A DNA stretch of 64,000 nucleotides from Obrimoposthia wandeli. Lineage: Eukaryota. The stretch is taken from the NCBI GenBank assembly GCA_977020255.1, contig CDROCS010000384.1, positions 62,001 to 126,000 of the forward strand, read 5' to 3'. Shown piece after piece: positions 12,218 to 23,485 of this stretch. The translations under genes were made by a program, and so were the position numbers. The notes beneath the pieces were generated by a model, which was given only the letters and a program-made list of their open reading frames with translations, was not told the DNA's origin and did no database searches. Positions within the stretch are counted from its first letter, which is position 1. Each line of letters opens with the position of its first letter.

Positions 12218-12371
12218 TTTTTTTATTATGTTTGGAAACTAAATATTGGATATCTGATTCGATTTTCGTAAGCAACAAGGGATTTCTCTGTTTATTGATT
12301 ATTTAATTCACACCGCTAAATCCTGATTACACTAAATATGAGGTAGGAAAAGACAACAGTAAATTATTGTC

Positions 12372-12417
12372 CGGCGGGTAAATGTCCGGCGGGTAATTAT
12401 CCTAGAACCCAGTGATT
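12372..12417. mobile_element. Probable isolated DNA-transposon terminus (MULE-like TIR end)
   Basis: The reverse complement is GGTTCTAGGATAATTACCCGCCGGACATTTACCCGCCGGACA, with a 14-bp subterminal repeat. No partner end was found in the window. Confidence 0.4.
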
Positions 12418-12419
12418 TA

Positions 12420-13690
12420 TGTGATAGCAACAGGCGGTGGATTTGACTGCTCACGTAGATCATGGCACGGCACGAGATGGTGTGGTCCTGAGGGTCACGG
12501 CCTTCTAGTAAAGAAAGCTCTGTCTATATGTATTTTCGAATTATTGTCAGCTTGTAGACTGAGGGAGACTGGGTGGAGGGAAAATCCGTAGGCTAAGTAT
12601 TGATCGAGTGACCAAACATTTGTTTGTGCCCCAATGTCGATCACAGCTTCAAAATCTGCAAATATCGATGGTGAGTGGAGGCCGACTGTTCGATGCTTAC
12701 TCTGAGATGGACAGTTGGCTGTTTTGTAAACCGAGTACGGCGCCACTCGCCGGCCGTGAAGATCTGATGTTGTAGGGCGACAACTTGAGGGTTTGTTCGG
12801 GGCTGCATTGGGCGTGGACTATGTCATCGGAGGGCGCTGATGGATGACATGTAGTTGCCCGTAGTTGAGATGGCATCAGTCTTAGTTGACATCGTTGAGC
12901 CGTGCCGTTGTCACTTCGCCAGGTAGCATTCCTTGCATCTTTCGTGGGCCTTCCTATTCCAGCCCCGGGGCGTTTCCGAAAACAGTAAGTAGCTTTTATG
13001 GCAGTCCGGACATGGCGCCGGCTTGGTTCTCTCAGTGGGCATTGCTAAGGGAACTTGCTTACGTTTAGCGGATGATATGGCCGAGTTGATAGATGATGAG
13101 AGGGCATCTCTCGCCATTTTCCATCCTTCAATGAAACCGATGACATCGTTGACCGTATGTAGCAGTGCTCCTTCAATGCCCAGGGGATATTTCGGCCTTG
13201 CCACGAACCCTTGCGGCGAAAAACCAGAACGCTTGGCCTGTGCTCTGGTGCATAGTGACAACTTCGGCGCGTTTGACACCGCGAGAAAAAGAGATGATGG
13301 CCAGTGATTTCATTGCTTTAATTACCTCGGAGATCAATCGCGAGGTAATGACTGGATCGGATTTGAGGAGGGCATCACCAAGAGCGTTGGTGGCGCATTG
13401 GAATAGCTGCAAGGGAGCTGATGCTTCATCGATGCCAGATCCATGACAGAAGATATTTTAACGCTGCTCGAAAGCATTCCACATTTCACCATCGACTCCC
13501 ATGTCGAAGCACGGCAGCTCGAGTCTCAGACCCTTCAGTCGTGTGGTGGTGTAGGCATTATCCTGGATGGCGAGTTGATGGACCATATTGTGGTTGCTTA
13601 GTAGGGCAATGGCGGCGGCTTCTGAGTTCTCCATCGTCTGGAAACAACAACTTGGAATTCCGCATTCGAGGACAACCATTTTCTTGATTT
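12420..13690 (-). mobile_element. Ty3/gypsy LTR retrotransposon gag-protease pseudogene
   Basis: GC-rich island. Frameshifted reading gives MVVLECGIPSCCFQT..., LELPCFDMGVDGEMWNAFEQR, LQLFQCATNALGDALLK, FAARVRGKAE, a Cys/His knuckle CPDC..WN.KAH..CKEC, and the protease motif AVIDIGAQTN (DTG degenerated). Confidence 0.85.
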
Positions 13691-14523
13691 TACATTATTT
13701 AAACAAACTTCCTCAGTTACATTACAAAGACCTTTGCTCCTTGTATCAAGCTAATACGCTAATCGTATGTGTGTGAAATGGACTATGTAAATAATCTTTA
13801 TGAAAAATTTAATTTACAATCAATACGATTTTTAATCGATATGAAAATTTAAGTTTCGAGATATTTTAAATTAATTGTGATATGTTTAAATTTTTTATTA
13901 TAGGCAAAATAATCTAAAATTACAAAAACTAAATCTGTTACAAATTTCGTTTAAAATTTGTTTGAAAATCAAACAAATAAAAAATACAAAATTTGTCGTA
14001 TTTATTCTGAATAATAAGATGTGAAAAACTTTTCAAAACGAATATAAACAAGATTGCTTTTTTAGTATTTTAATGATAAAATACAATAAAATTTTCCATT
14101 AAATGTGTATTAGTTAATATAACACTTAAATTTTAAGTACAATAAAATAAAATTTTGATGGCTATACAATATTTAATTCAGTTAAAAAAAATGTTAGTCA
14201 ATTTTTCGGGATAAATTGTTATGAAAATATCATTATATTAAATGTATGTTAAGTTTATGTTATGTATTTTTCTTATAGGTTGCATTTATAACTAAAAAAT
14301 TAGGATTAAAGTGAAATAGTCTTTCAAGTATGAAAATAAAGTTTTCCACCACAATATCTAACTAAAGCTTACTTAAGTAAACTGAAAATATTAAATAATT
14401 TAAATTAAATATAAAGAGGTTTCTTTTAATATTAGAAGCACATAACTATAGAAACAGATGCGTAAATATTTTAAATAAATTAAGTAAAAGAAAAAAATAA
14501 AATAAAATTTACATCAAAGCAAA

Positions 14524-14550
14524 ATGAGTACAGCAAAATTGGGATTTCAA
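14524..14550 (+). CDS. TTC29: TTC29 putative first coding exon (MSTAKLGFQ)
   Basis: ATG followed by a strong GTAAGT donor at 14551. Phase 0 matches the acceptor at 14860. Confidence 0.5.
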
Positions 14551-14860
14551 GTAAGTATATTTTTTATAAAATATTAAAAATTATATATATTGATATAAAT
14601 TTAAATTTTTTGTCGATATTTTCATTGATTATTTTTGTCGGTTTATTGCATGTTAAACGGATAATATTTTTCACTAACACGCAACTGTCAAATATGAAAG
14701 GATAATGAATCGTGATCACTACACAATGGATCACTTTGAAGTGCATCTGGGCAGCAATAACAACGCACAGATGCTGGGCACACATCACCCACACTTTGAC
14801 CATTTTGGGTCATGGAATTTTCTGCATGGCAAGGTTCACTCTCTTATTGATGTTGTTCAG

Positions 14861-15033
14861 CCTTCCACTGGAATGACAGCCAACATCGACTTTCGTGACG
14901 AGGTGATCCCATGTCCCAATGGTCGGCCACCAACTCATTTGGATCCCATCAAGATCTTCCGGGGAGAAAATGCCGAGATCGTCTGGAAACTGCGTTCTGA
15001 CATTCCTTACTTAACGAAGATGGAAATTAGCGA
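14861..15033 (+). CDS. TTC29: TTC29 exon 2 (may begin further 5', at 14701/14705)
   Basis: Pyrimidine tract plus CAG acceptor; GTGAGT donor at 15034. Phase 2 joins 16938 to give LTKMEISD-YRN, aligning by recall to human LSKEEVAA-YRN. Confidence 0.7.
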
Positions 15034-16937
15034 GTGAGTTTTCAGCTGTCTTTCTGGCAGTGCCTTTTATTAGTGGCTAAAAGACAGTTATAAATGGTAA
15101 GGTGTATCTAAAATGGGGAGCAATAATTAGGGTTATTATTCCATCTGGAATTCGAGGATTTTCTTATTTTCTCAGAGTACAAAGTTTGGCTTAGCACATA
15201 GTTATACATGTGTTTGATATGTTTTACGGGTTTCATCAAATTACACTTAGTTTTTTCACAGATTTTTCAGATTTTGATAATTTCCGACTCGCGCTTCCAC
15301 ACATCTTATTGTCTTAACATTAGTAAAAAAAGGGTATATGGGTTTAAAACATCCATAAACTTGTATTATTTAATAAAGCACTAGAACCAAGTGAATGAAA
15401 TCTATTCAACAACGCTTAACACTGTTTACTTCTTTTGAATTATTATTCGCCCTAAAACGTATTGATCAGGAATATTCTCAAAATCACTTTGTATGTATCT
15501 ATATTCTTGCAATTTCTCAGATTAATAAAAGACAAAATAGCAACCAGTATGAAGGCCATATAGAATAATAGAATGTTTGAGTCCACGACAGGTATCAATT
15601 AAGTTTCCAAAAGGAATCGTCCCAGGAGAATCGAATGGCTGAAGAAGTGCAAGTTTGAATAATGAAGGAGAGAGTTATGTAATAAGAATGTGGAAATATC
15701 CTACCGAGAATATCTGATCATAAAAATCCTGTATACATGAATAAATCTTATGTTTGTATAATCTGACTCTTTTGATTTATGTCTACGATGGAAAAAATAA
15801 CTGAAATGGTACTCAATTTTATTGGATAGAGTCAAATCCGTTTAAACCGGTTCACTTTCCGTACACGAACTATTATTTATATCTTTTATTTATATTTGAA
15901 ATATGAATAAACCGTATCTCATTAATATTTTTCGTAACTTTCGTCTTTTATTAATTCACTTAAACTGGATTATTAAAATGTTTAACATAATATATAAACA
16001 TAATTTAGATTTAACGAATAAAATATTATTAAATGACATATTTGTGTATCAAATATATCATATAATGACATAGCTTTAAGAGAGATATTACAATTTTTAT
16101 AGCAATATGATTTTACATTTTTTTCAAGAATTATTGCTGAATACTGGGTTAATTGAAAATAAAAAATAATAAGGAATGTGTAAGAAAAAACACATTTCAT
16201 TTGAGTTGAATAAAAATTAAAGTCCCAAATCAAAGGATTGCTTAGGAGCTCTCAACATGATCCAGACTTGGTGGTTTATGCCTGATGTGGGTAGCGACAA
16301 TATTAACCGAGTTCTCACGATTTGGCAATGTCTTTGTAAACTGGAAGATTTGATTCAAAAGAAGATAGAAATGTGCCATGGTTACGTATTTGTATTACGT
16401 TTGACTGTTTCTCTATACTGCTTTACATTTGATATTCTCCATTGTTTATTATATAAATGAAAGTAATTATTTTAATAGCTATAAATATTGGGTTAGCCTT
16501 ACCATTTCAGATGGGATTTCGGTAATATTTGCAATAATGGAAACTAATGGAAAAAAAGCATATTTTACAATTTCAAATTATTTTACTGTACAGAATTAAC
16601 ATATGCGGTTTATGCGGATATCTGTTTAAACTGGATATTTTTCGTGAGTTTAGGTGATCTGATTTAAGCAGATTTGACAAAACTAAATAGAATGGTTGAT
16701 TAGAATAATAAAATAAAATTTCTGAAAAAGTCACCATTAATTTGGACTACTTCTTGTCTGAATGTTAAATAGCTTTCAAAACATTTAAAATAAGTCCCTA
16801 CGATTCAAATATACCAAAGGCGACTGACAAATCTAACAATTATCATTTGAATTGTTTTTATTTTAAAATTTGGTTTCTTATGATTATCAAAATCATATAT
16901 TACTCCAGCTTTAGTCAGTTACTGCACTTCATTCCAG

Positions 16938-17214
16938 CTACCGCAACGCTTTCTACCAAAACCTATGTCTATGTATGCTGTCGTTGGGCTATCATCGGGC
17001 GTTCAGTGAAATCTTCCATCTGGTGGAGCGGCAGGAGCTGGAGAGACAGGTCGCAGGTCCGGATTCGGTGCTGTGGAGCATGTCACCGATCTCAATGCAA
17101 GAAGACAAGCTAACTCTACTCAAAGACTGTCTCTGTGCTGCAGAGGACTGTTATCGCAAAGAAGATCATCGAGGTAGACTTGAGAGCTACAACAGACTAG
17201 CCAACTTTTTCAAG
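16938..17214 (+). CDS. TTC29: TTC29 exon 3
   Basis: YRNAFYQNLCLCMLSLGYHRAFSEIFHLVER...DKLTLLKDCLCAAE matches the recalled TTC29 N-terminal region ([26 protein letters not shown]). AG/GT boundaries. Confidence 0.9.
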
Positions 17215-18485
17215 GTGAACGGCAGGCATAAGCACTATTTATTTACTTTTTAATATGAGTAGTATGAATTATTATTTTTAACTGATAATTGGTGATTATT
17301 TCTTTCTTAGGTTCTGTGTTAATATAACCAATTTTTGTTTTTGTATTGTTTTCAAATGGAATTGGTGGAAAATTAACATAGGTAAAGAAAAGAATTATTA
17401 ATACATCTAAATATGTTTTAATTTAACATTTTAAAACCTTTAATAGTGGTTAAAAATATCCATGATAGTAACAATTATCGAAAAAAAATATCTTCTAGAA
17501 CTGATAATACATGTACATATGTGAAAAAAACATCTGACTATATCGTAATGCAATCATCTATCAAAAATATTTTAAATGGGTTTGACAGATTTGGTAAATT
17601 TTCGCGGATATAGTAAATCATAAAAGTATTTTAACACATCGAAGTCTACGAATTTAAATAACACCCAATGCGTCAAAGTTCCCTCAGCGAAACCGATACA
17701 CGTAGAAAATAATATTCTGAGTTGAAATACAAAATAGTAATTTATTTTAAATAACTAATCGGAGAAAGATTTATTCGAAATCTACCTTATAATATTCTTA
17801 AATAAATTTAAATATATTTACTAAAATTTCACATTTTATATTTTAACGAGAATTTAAGAAATCTATTAATGCTTATAGTTTTGAAATTCAAAATAAGCTG
17901 TAATCAAACTTCTGAAATGGAAGTTTCAATTAATTCATTTAAAATAGTAAAATAAATTAAAATTAATGACAAAAAATGAATTATATTTTTTTTATCTACT
18001 AGCTCTATTTAGCTGAGAACTTATTAAGCTTGCTTCAGGGATTATTTTTTATTAGGTCATTTGTCAAACTTAGTTACATGATGTTAATTTGGACATTTTA
18101 ACTTTTATTCAGTATTATGTTGTCAATTTAGAGTTTAAAAATAAATTTTCAGGTTTATTTAATGTCAAATGTTCCAATTAGAGCAATTTTGAGTTCATTT
18201 GATCGATTCCTCTGATGAAATTACATAGAATTGACCACTCTGGGGTTCCCACGGGGTGAAATTAGTGAATGAGATGCAAATTATAAAACAAGAACATATA
18301 ATAAAAAATAATTAAATTATGTTGAAAAAATATTAATTAAACGTTTTTTATGAGATTTTAATTTCTCGTTTTCAACAATGATACGCTCTACAGAAAAAAT
18401 TATACCGGAAATTTTAACATAAGTTTTAAACAACCAAACATATATTCCATAGCTAGTTTAGAATTTTTCCATTGTCCCAATTCAG

Positions 18486-18621
18486 GATTATCCGGAAGAC
18501 AAATGGCTTGTGGACCATTTCTTGCAATATTGTTGGGAGGTGTCTAAAAAGATTATCGACGATAATAATTACAAGCATGCTGAAGCTAACTACTATCTGG
18601 GACTTGCCATTGAACAAAACA
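18486..18621 (+). CDS. TTC29: TTC29 exon 4
   Basis: DYPEDKWLVDHFLQYCWEVSKK...HAEANYYLGLAIEQN (TTC29 EDKWVRNHF...EAEAHMHMGL). TTCAG acceptor and GTGAGT donor; phases 0/1. Confidence 0.9.
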
Positions 18622-18989
18622 GTGAGTTGCAGTGTTTTATTATGTAAAATTCCTTAACATAAGATTTTAAAGCCGATTTCTTTGTAAAAAAGTCAGTTTG
18701 TAATTAGCTACTGCGTCTGTAAAATGAACTTTCTGGATCAAGAATTCCCAACTTATCCAATGACTACTTTTATGAGTACAGCCAAACATCGATAATAGGG
18801 ACTTTTAATTAAGCATATCTTTTCTAAGTTACAATTTTTAAAACGCTTAGAAATATATTAAATAATATATTAAAAATGATATTGAAGTTGCTAAGTATCA
18901 AATACACATTTGTAGGGAGCAGTCGTAATCGAAATCAACGGTGTCAGCTTTCTTTTCAACGATTTTAAATAATTAATTAAATCAAGAAC

Positions 18990-20650
18990 AAGGGACTTCG
19001 TAAGCAGCTGTATCCTCGTCTTTCCAAACTATCTTCTTAGTAGTTTGTTTCTTCGTTTCATTACGAGTTTGTGCAGAGGTAATAAAATTCTTGATACATT
19101 TGGTATGAGCCAGTGATAAAATGATATCCCTCCAATAAATCTCTGTATAGCTTTAAATATATAGGCTTACTCATTTCTATAGGCCCTGCTTCTTAAGTTT
19201 GGCTGGACATGTACCCATAGGAGATACTTCAAATCCTAGAAGCTCAATACTATTCTGATTCAATTGGCCCTTTTCTTCTTTGATACTTAAGTTATATTTT
19301 TTAAGTTGACCAAATACTTTGTTTAAATGATTTTGATGGTCTATTTTATCTTTAGAAAATATAACGATATCGTCCACATAAGAAGCTGAAAATTCTTGAC
19401 ATTCTTGCAAAAAACTTCATCCATAAGCCTCTGAAGTACGGCTGAACAATTCCTCAATCCAAATGGCATCATTTTGTACTCAAATAGACCAAAAGACGTT
19501 ATTATAGCAGTTTTGTTGACATATATTTCTGCAATAGGAACTTGATGAAATGCCTTAGCTAGATCAAGTTTACTGTATACTTTAGCTGTTCTAAGCTTGT
19601 CTAACATATCATGAATTCTTGGCAGAGGGTATCGATCCGGAAGCGTTATCTTATTGAGCTCTCTATAATCACCACAATGTCTCCATGTTCCATCTGACTT
19701 TTTAACTGATACGAGAGGAGATGCCCATTGGCTGTTACTTGGCTGTATGATACCTTCGGCTAGAAGTTTGTCGAACTCCAATTTTGCCGATTCTAACTTT
19801 TCACCAAATAGTCTACTGGACTTCATATCTACTGGGGATCCTTCTGTATTAATGGACATTTGTGTTTTGAGGGTGGTATGATCTGTTTCCAATAACATGT
19901 ACTGTTGATTGTAATCCATTTACTGTTTTTCGAGACCTGCAATGAAACAAGGATTTATTATAACATGAAACTGTAAAATTATAAAATGATAAGAAATCTG
20001 CTCCAAGAATTGGTTGTTGAATATCTGAAATCATGAAAGTCCAATTGAAAATCTTGTCTATCCCGGGAAGCTTGATAAACGTCTCAAGTGAACCTTTTTT
20101 TGAATTGGTGATCCATTAGCAGATATTAATTGGCAGCCAACTTCGGAAGAATTCGGAGTGAATAACCTTGTTGGTAGAATACTTCTGTCAGCACCAGTGT
20201 CTATTAAAACATTTACAGGAACTTGATTTACCACTGCTCTGATATTTAAGGTTGGTCGACCTGAGATATGTGCGAAATGCACCCATGGGAGGAGACAGAT
20301 CTCAGGCTTTCTGTTCCTCCATCTCGTTTCCCATCCATTTTTGATTCCAAAAGCATGGCTTCTTACATTTTTCTGGCTTTTGGACCATATGTTTTATGAT
20401 AGAAGCATACAGAATCTACAAATGTTGATTCTGATTTTGATAGTAGCTGAGGTTTTAATAATACTTATGCACTTAATAATACGATGCACTCTTTCAATGA
20501 AATACTCCAATTTTCGAGGTACTGCATTGATGTAATTAATAAAAGTTTCATTTACCATTGTAGCGCCCAAAATCCTTTCCTTTAGATATTGTAAATTTCG
20601 TTGTCTATGTGCTGCTTCAACATTATTTGTTAACCATCCCATACATGTAG
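18990..20650 (-). mobile_element. Ty3/gypsy gag end-protease-RT pseudogene in TTC29 intron 4
   Basis: CFYHKTYGPKARKCKKPC knuckle, VLIDTGADRS protease, WASPLVSVKK.DG.WR.CGDYR.LN, YSKLDL.KAFHQ, MPFGLRN and YVDD. Frameshifts present; truncated after RT. Confidence 0.92.
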
Positions 20651-22699
20651 AGGTTAAGTGAATACATATGTACGTTAGAGTTGGAACTGACCGGTAAATA
20701 AAAATAATCTAAATTTAAAATATTTATTAAAAATAATTAGCTACGTTCACTTATAAGTAATAAATTTATGTATCATTTAAATTTTCAATATTAGGCATAA
20801 ATACATCTGTTTTTATTACAAAGATTGTTGACATTTATTTCTTTATAAAATTCTATTTGCAAAACAAATTTGTTTTTTTATTTTCCCGCCGGCCTCAACT
20901 CTTCTACATGAAGCCCAACCAAAATTAGTTCTACCTTTAATCACTCTACTGGAAACAATCCTTTCAAAATCTACAGAAAAACCTTTGCCCTATATGCTCT
21001 GAAGATTGAGTTTAAAAATTTGTCTTTCTCAGATATCAGAAGTTCTTTGTTGAGGTTGCTTTGAAACATTATAATTAATGGAATATTTACTGTTTAGACC
21101 CCGTTTGTATCAAAGTAGCTTTTCTTCACTATAAATCTTGGCTACACTAATAACGTTTTTCAGTCTCTGGTGACTGAATTTTATAGTAATGTCGAGGTCA
21201 CCCGAAATGAATGAATTAATTGACTTGTAAATATTGTTGCATTTGTAACTTTTCATATTATTTTAAATTTATTAAATAAATTATCTTAGTCAAGACTATA
21301 AAAACTGATTTTTTAAATTAATTTCTACCCATCTCTTTCTGAACCGTTTTACGTACTTTTCCAAATATATTTTCGGTTTAATGTATTAATTTAGATAATA
21401 AAAAACAAAGAAGTATTTTGAGGATCGGATTCGAATTTTTAAAATTTTGTTTAAGTTCAATAAGTTTAAAATGAAAATTACTTTTAACTTACGACTATTC
21501 ATTATTTATTAAATAGATTGTTTTGGTTTATTTAGTTCTAATTATAAAATATAAAACCATTTTTTCTTAATCTTAAAAGGTACCATGACAATATCATCAA
21601 ATTCTTGTACAACATACGCTTACATTATTTTTATATCGGTTTAAATTATTTTTTTTAACAATTATACATTCTATGTTTACATTAATATAAAAAATTAATT
21701 AGGTAAAATTAATATATTTTAAATTTCTATTGAATAAGCAAATTAGCGAACGATTATCAATAGCAATGTCTCATCGGTAATTAGACTGTAAAATTTGAAC
21801 ACGAAAGCTCATGATTGTGTCCAATTAGAATTGCTAATTACTAAATCGAAAATATAAAAAATCAGTAATTAAACATGTGAGCGTCATTGATATCCTTGAT
21901 CATTGACCTTTTATCAGGTGGTGCCTCATTTCGACTTTGTCAAGTTTTAAATGTTGGCATTAAATGATAGTTTAATTAGTAAAGATTGTCTTCTAATTGC
22001 ACGATTTATATTATTGATATTTTTAAAATTTGAAAACATTACAGTTTATTATTTAAAATTATTTTATTTAAAACAATAAATGCAAAGAAATAAATGCAAA
22101 GAAAATACTAAAAAATGTATCAAATATTAGTACAGTTAGAAATATGAACAGCTTTACTATTCTCTGACGGTGTACAATCATTCAATGCAATGGTTCTAGT
22201 GACTGTAAACTAGGAGTAGCTCTGTCATTGCTGCTTTTAAAGAGATCAGAATACGAATCTTTTGCAAAAATTATTTTTAACTGTTTAATTTAAGCTATTT
22301 TAAGCATTCTATAATTTTAATTTTTAAAATTAACTCTTCTGCGAAAGAAATAAAATATATTTTTCCACTATACATTAATATCATTGGTTTTTAGTAAAAT
22401 TTCAAACTAAAATAACATACTCAAAATTGAATTGAATTTATGACATCGTTTTAGTTTGGAAATAATGTCATTGGTAGGATTAGGATTTACAGCATTAATT
22501 AATTATTTATATAGGAAAATAGAACCTTGAAACGTAATAGAACGTAAAACGATACTTTACAAAATCCACATAAATAACTATTATTCATATTTAACAAAAG
22601 TTTCATGAATATGTGCAATTTATTATGTCTAGATAATTAATACATTGGAATTCAGTCAAATAATTCAGTATTTATTGATTGGTAACAATGTTGTATTGA

Positions 22700-23010
22700 T
22701 TTGGATTGTAACTTGTACTACAGACCAGATTCTCTGAAGAAATCTACAAATCAAATAATCTTTCATGATTGCTGTGTCCTAAGGTATCGCTGCTCCATTA
22801 TCAAAGTGTTCTGGTGGAATTTTTCTCCGTGTTTGACAAAATATCACCCACGTTGGCTGGGAATAAGTTTTTTAAAAATCTTCTAAATCCCATGACATTG
22901 TAATTTTCAGAAGACCATTTACAATTTCAATGAAGTCAGCTGATTTATATTTACCTTAAAATTTGACACCACAATTTAAATTTTCGTCATGCAGCCTGCC
23001 CGAGCTCACT
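22700..23010 (-). mobile_element. DNA transposase remnant of the widespread invertebrate LHxKLGL...ExGERFHQD family (superfamily not assigned)
   Basis: GKYKSADFIEIVNGLLK, FPANVGD and KHGEKFHQNTLIMEQRY in mixed frames. Confidence 0.65.
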
Positions 23011-23485
23011 CAAACTGTTGTCAATTTTGTTGTAAATATCAGCGATCAATTTGACAACAGTTATTTATAATAATATTTTTGCAATTATTGGAAATCAGTC
23101 TGATGTTTTTTAATGGTTTCACATTTTTTAGATGACTTAAAGCTGAATTCAGAATGCTTTTAGCACCAGATTATGCATAAAATCATTCAGTTGAGGCTTA
23201 GTAAGAAGCTTATGATGATTATCCGTATGGAGTTGGCACAAAAGTATCACCATCTCTTTAAACTGAGTTACTGTCATCACTGGAAAGGTCATTTCAGGAT
23301 TTGTGAAGTGTTTTGTAGAAATGAATTTTTGTAAATCAGCATACATTACTTTCCATTAGCAAAATGTTTGTTGACCAGTAGAAACAGAAGTTTAGAAGAA
23401 TAAAACATGAAAAAAAGAATTATAGTTCAAATATATTTCAAAAATATATATCCTAATTAGTAACCATGTTTGAAACACAACATTA

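Noticed and set aside
16257-16460. 67-aa ORF as a TTC29 exon
   Set aside because: No similarity to TTC29, and exons 2 and 3 already join in phase with a sensible alignment.
18205-18270. Hammerhead ribozyme core CTGATGA at 18212
   Set aside because: The putative stem II (AATT/AATT) is followed by GACC rather than GAAA, and no stems I or III form.
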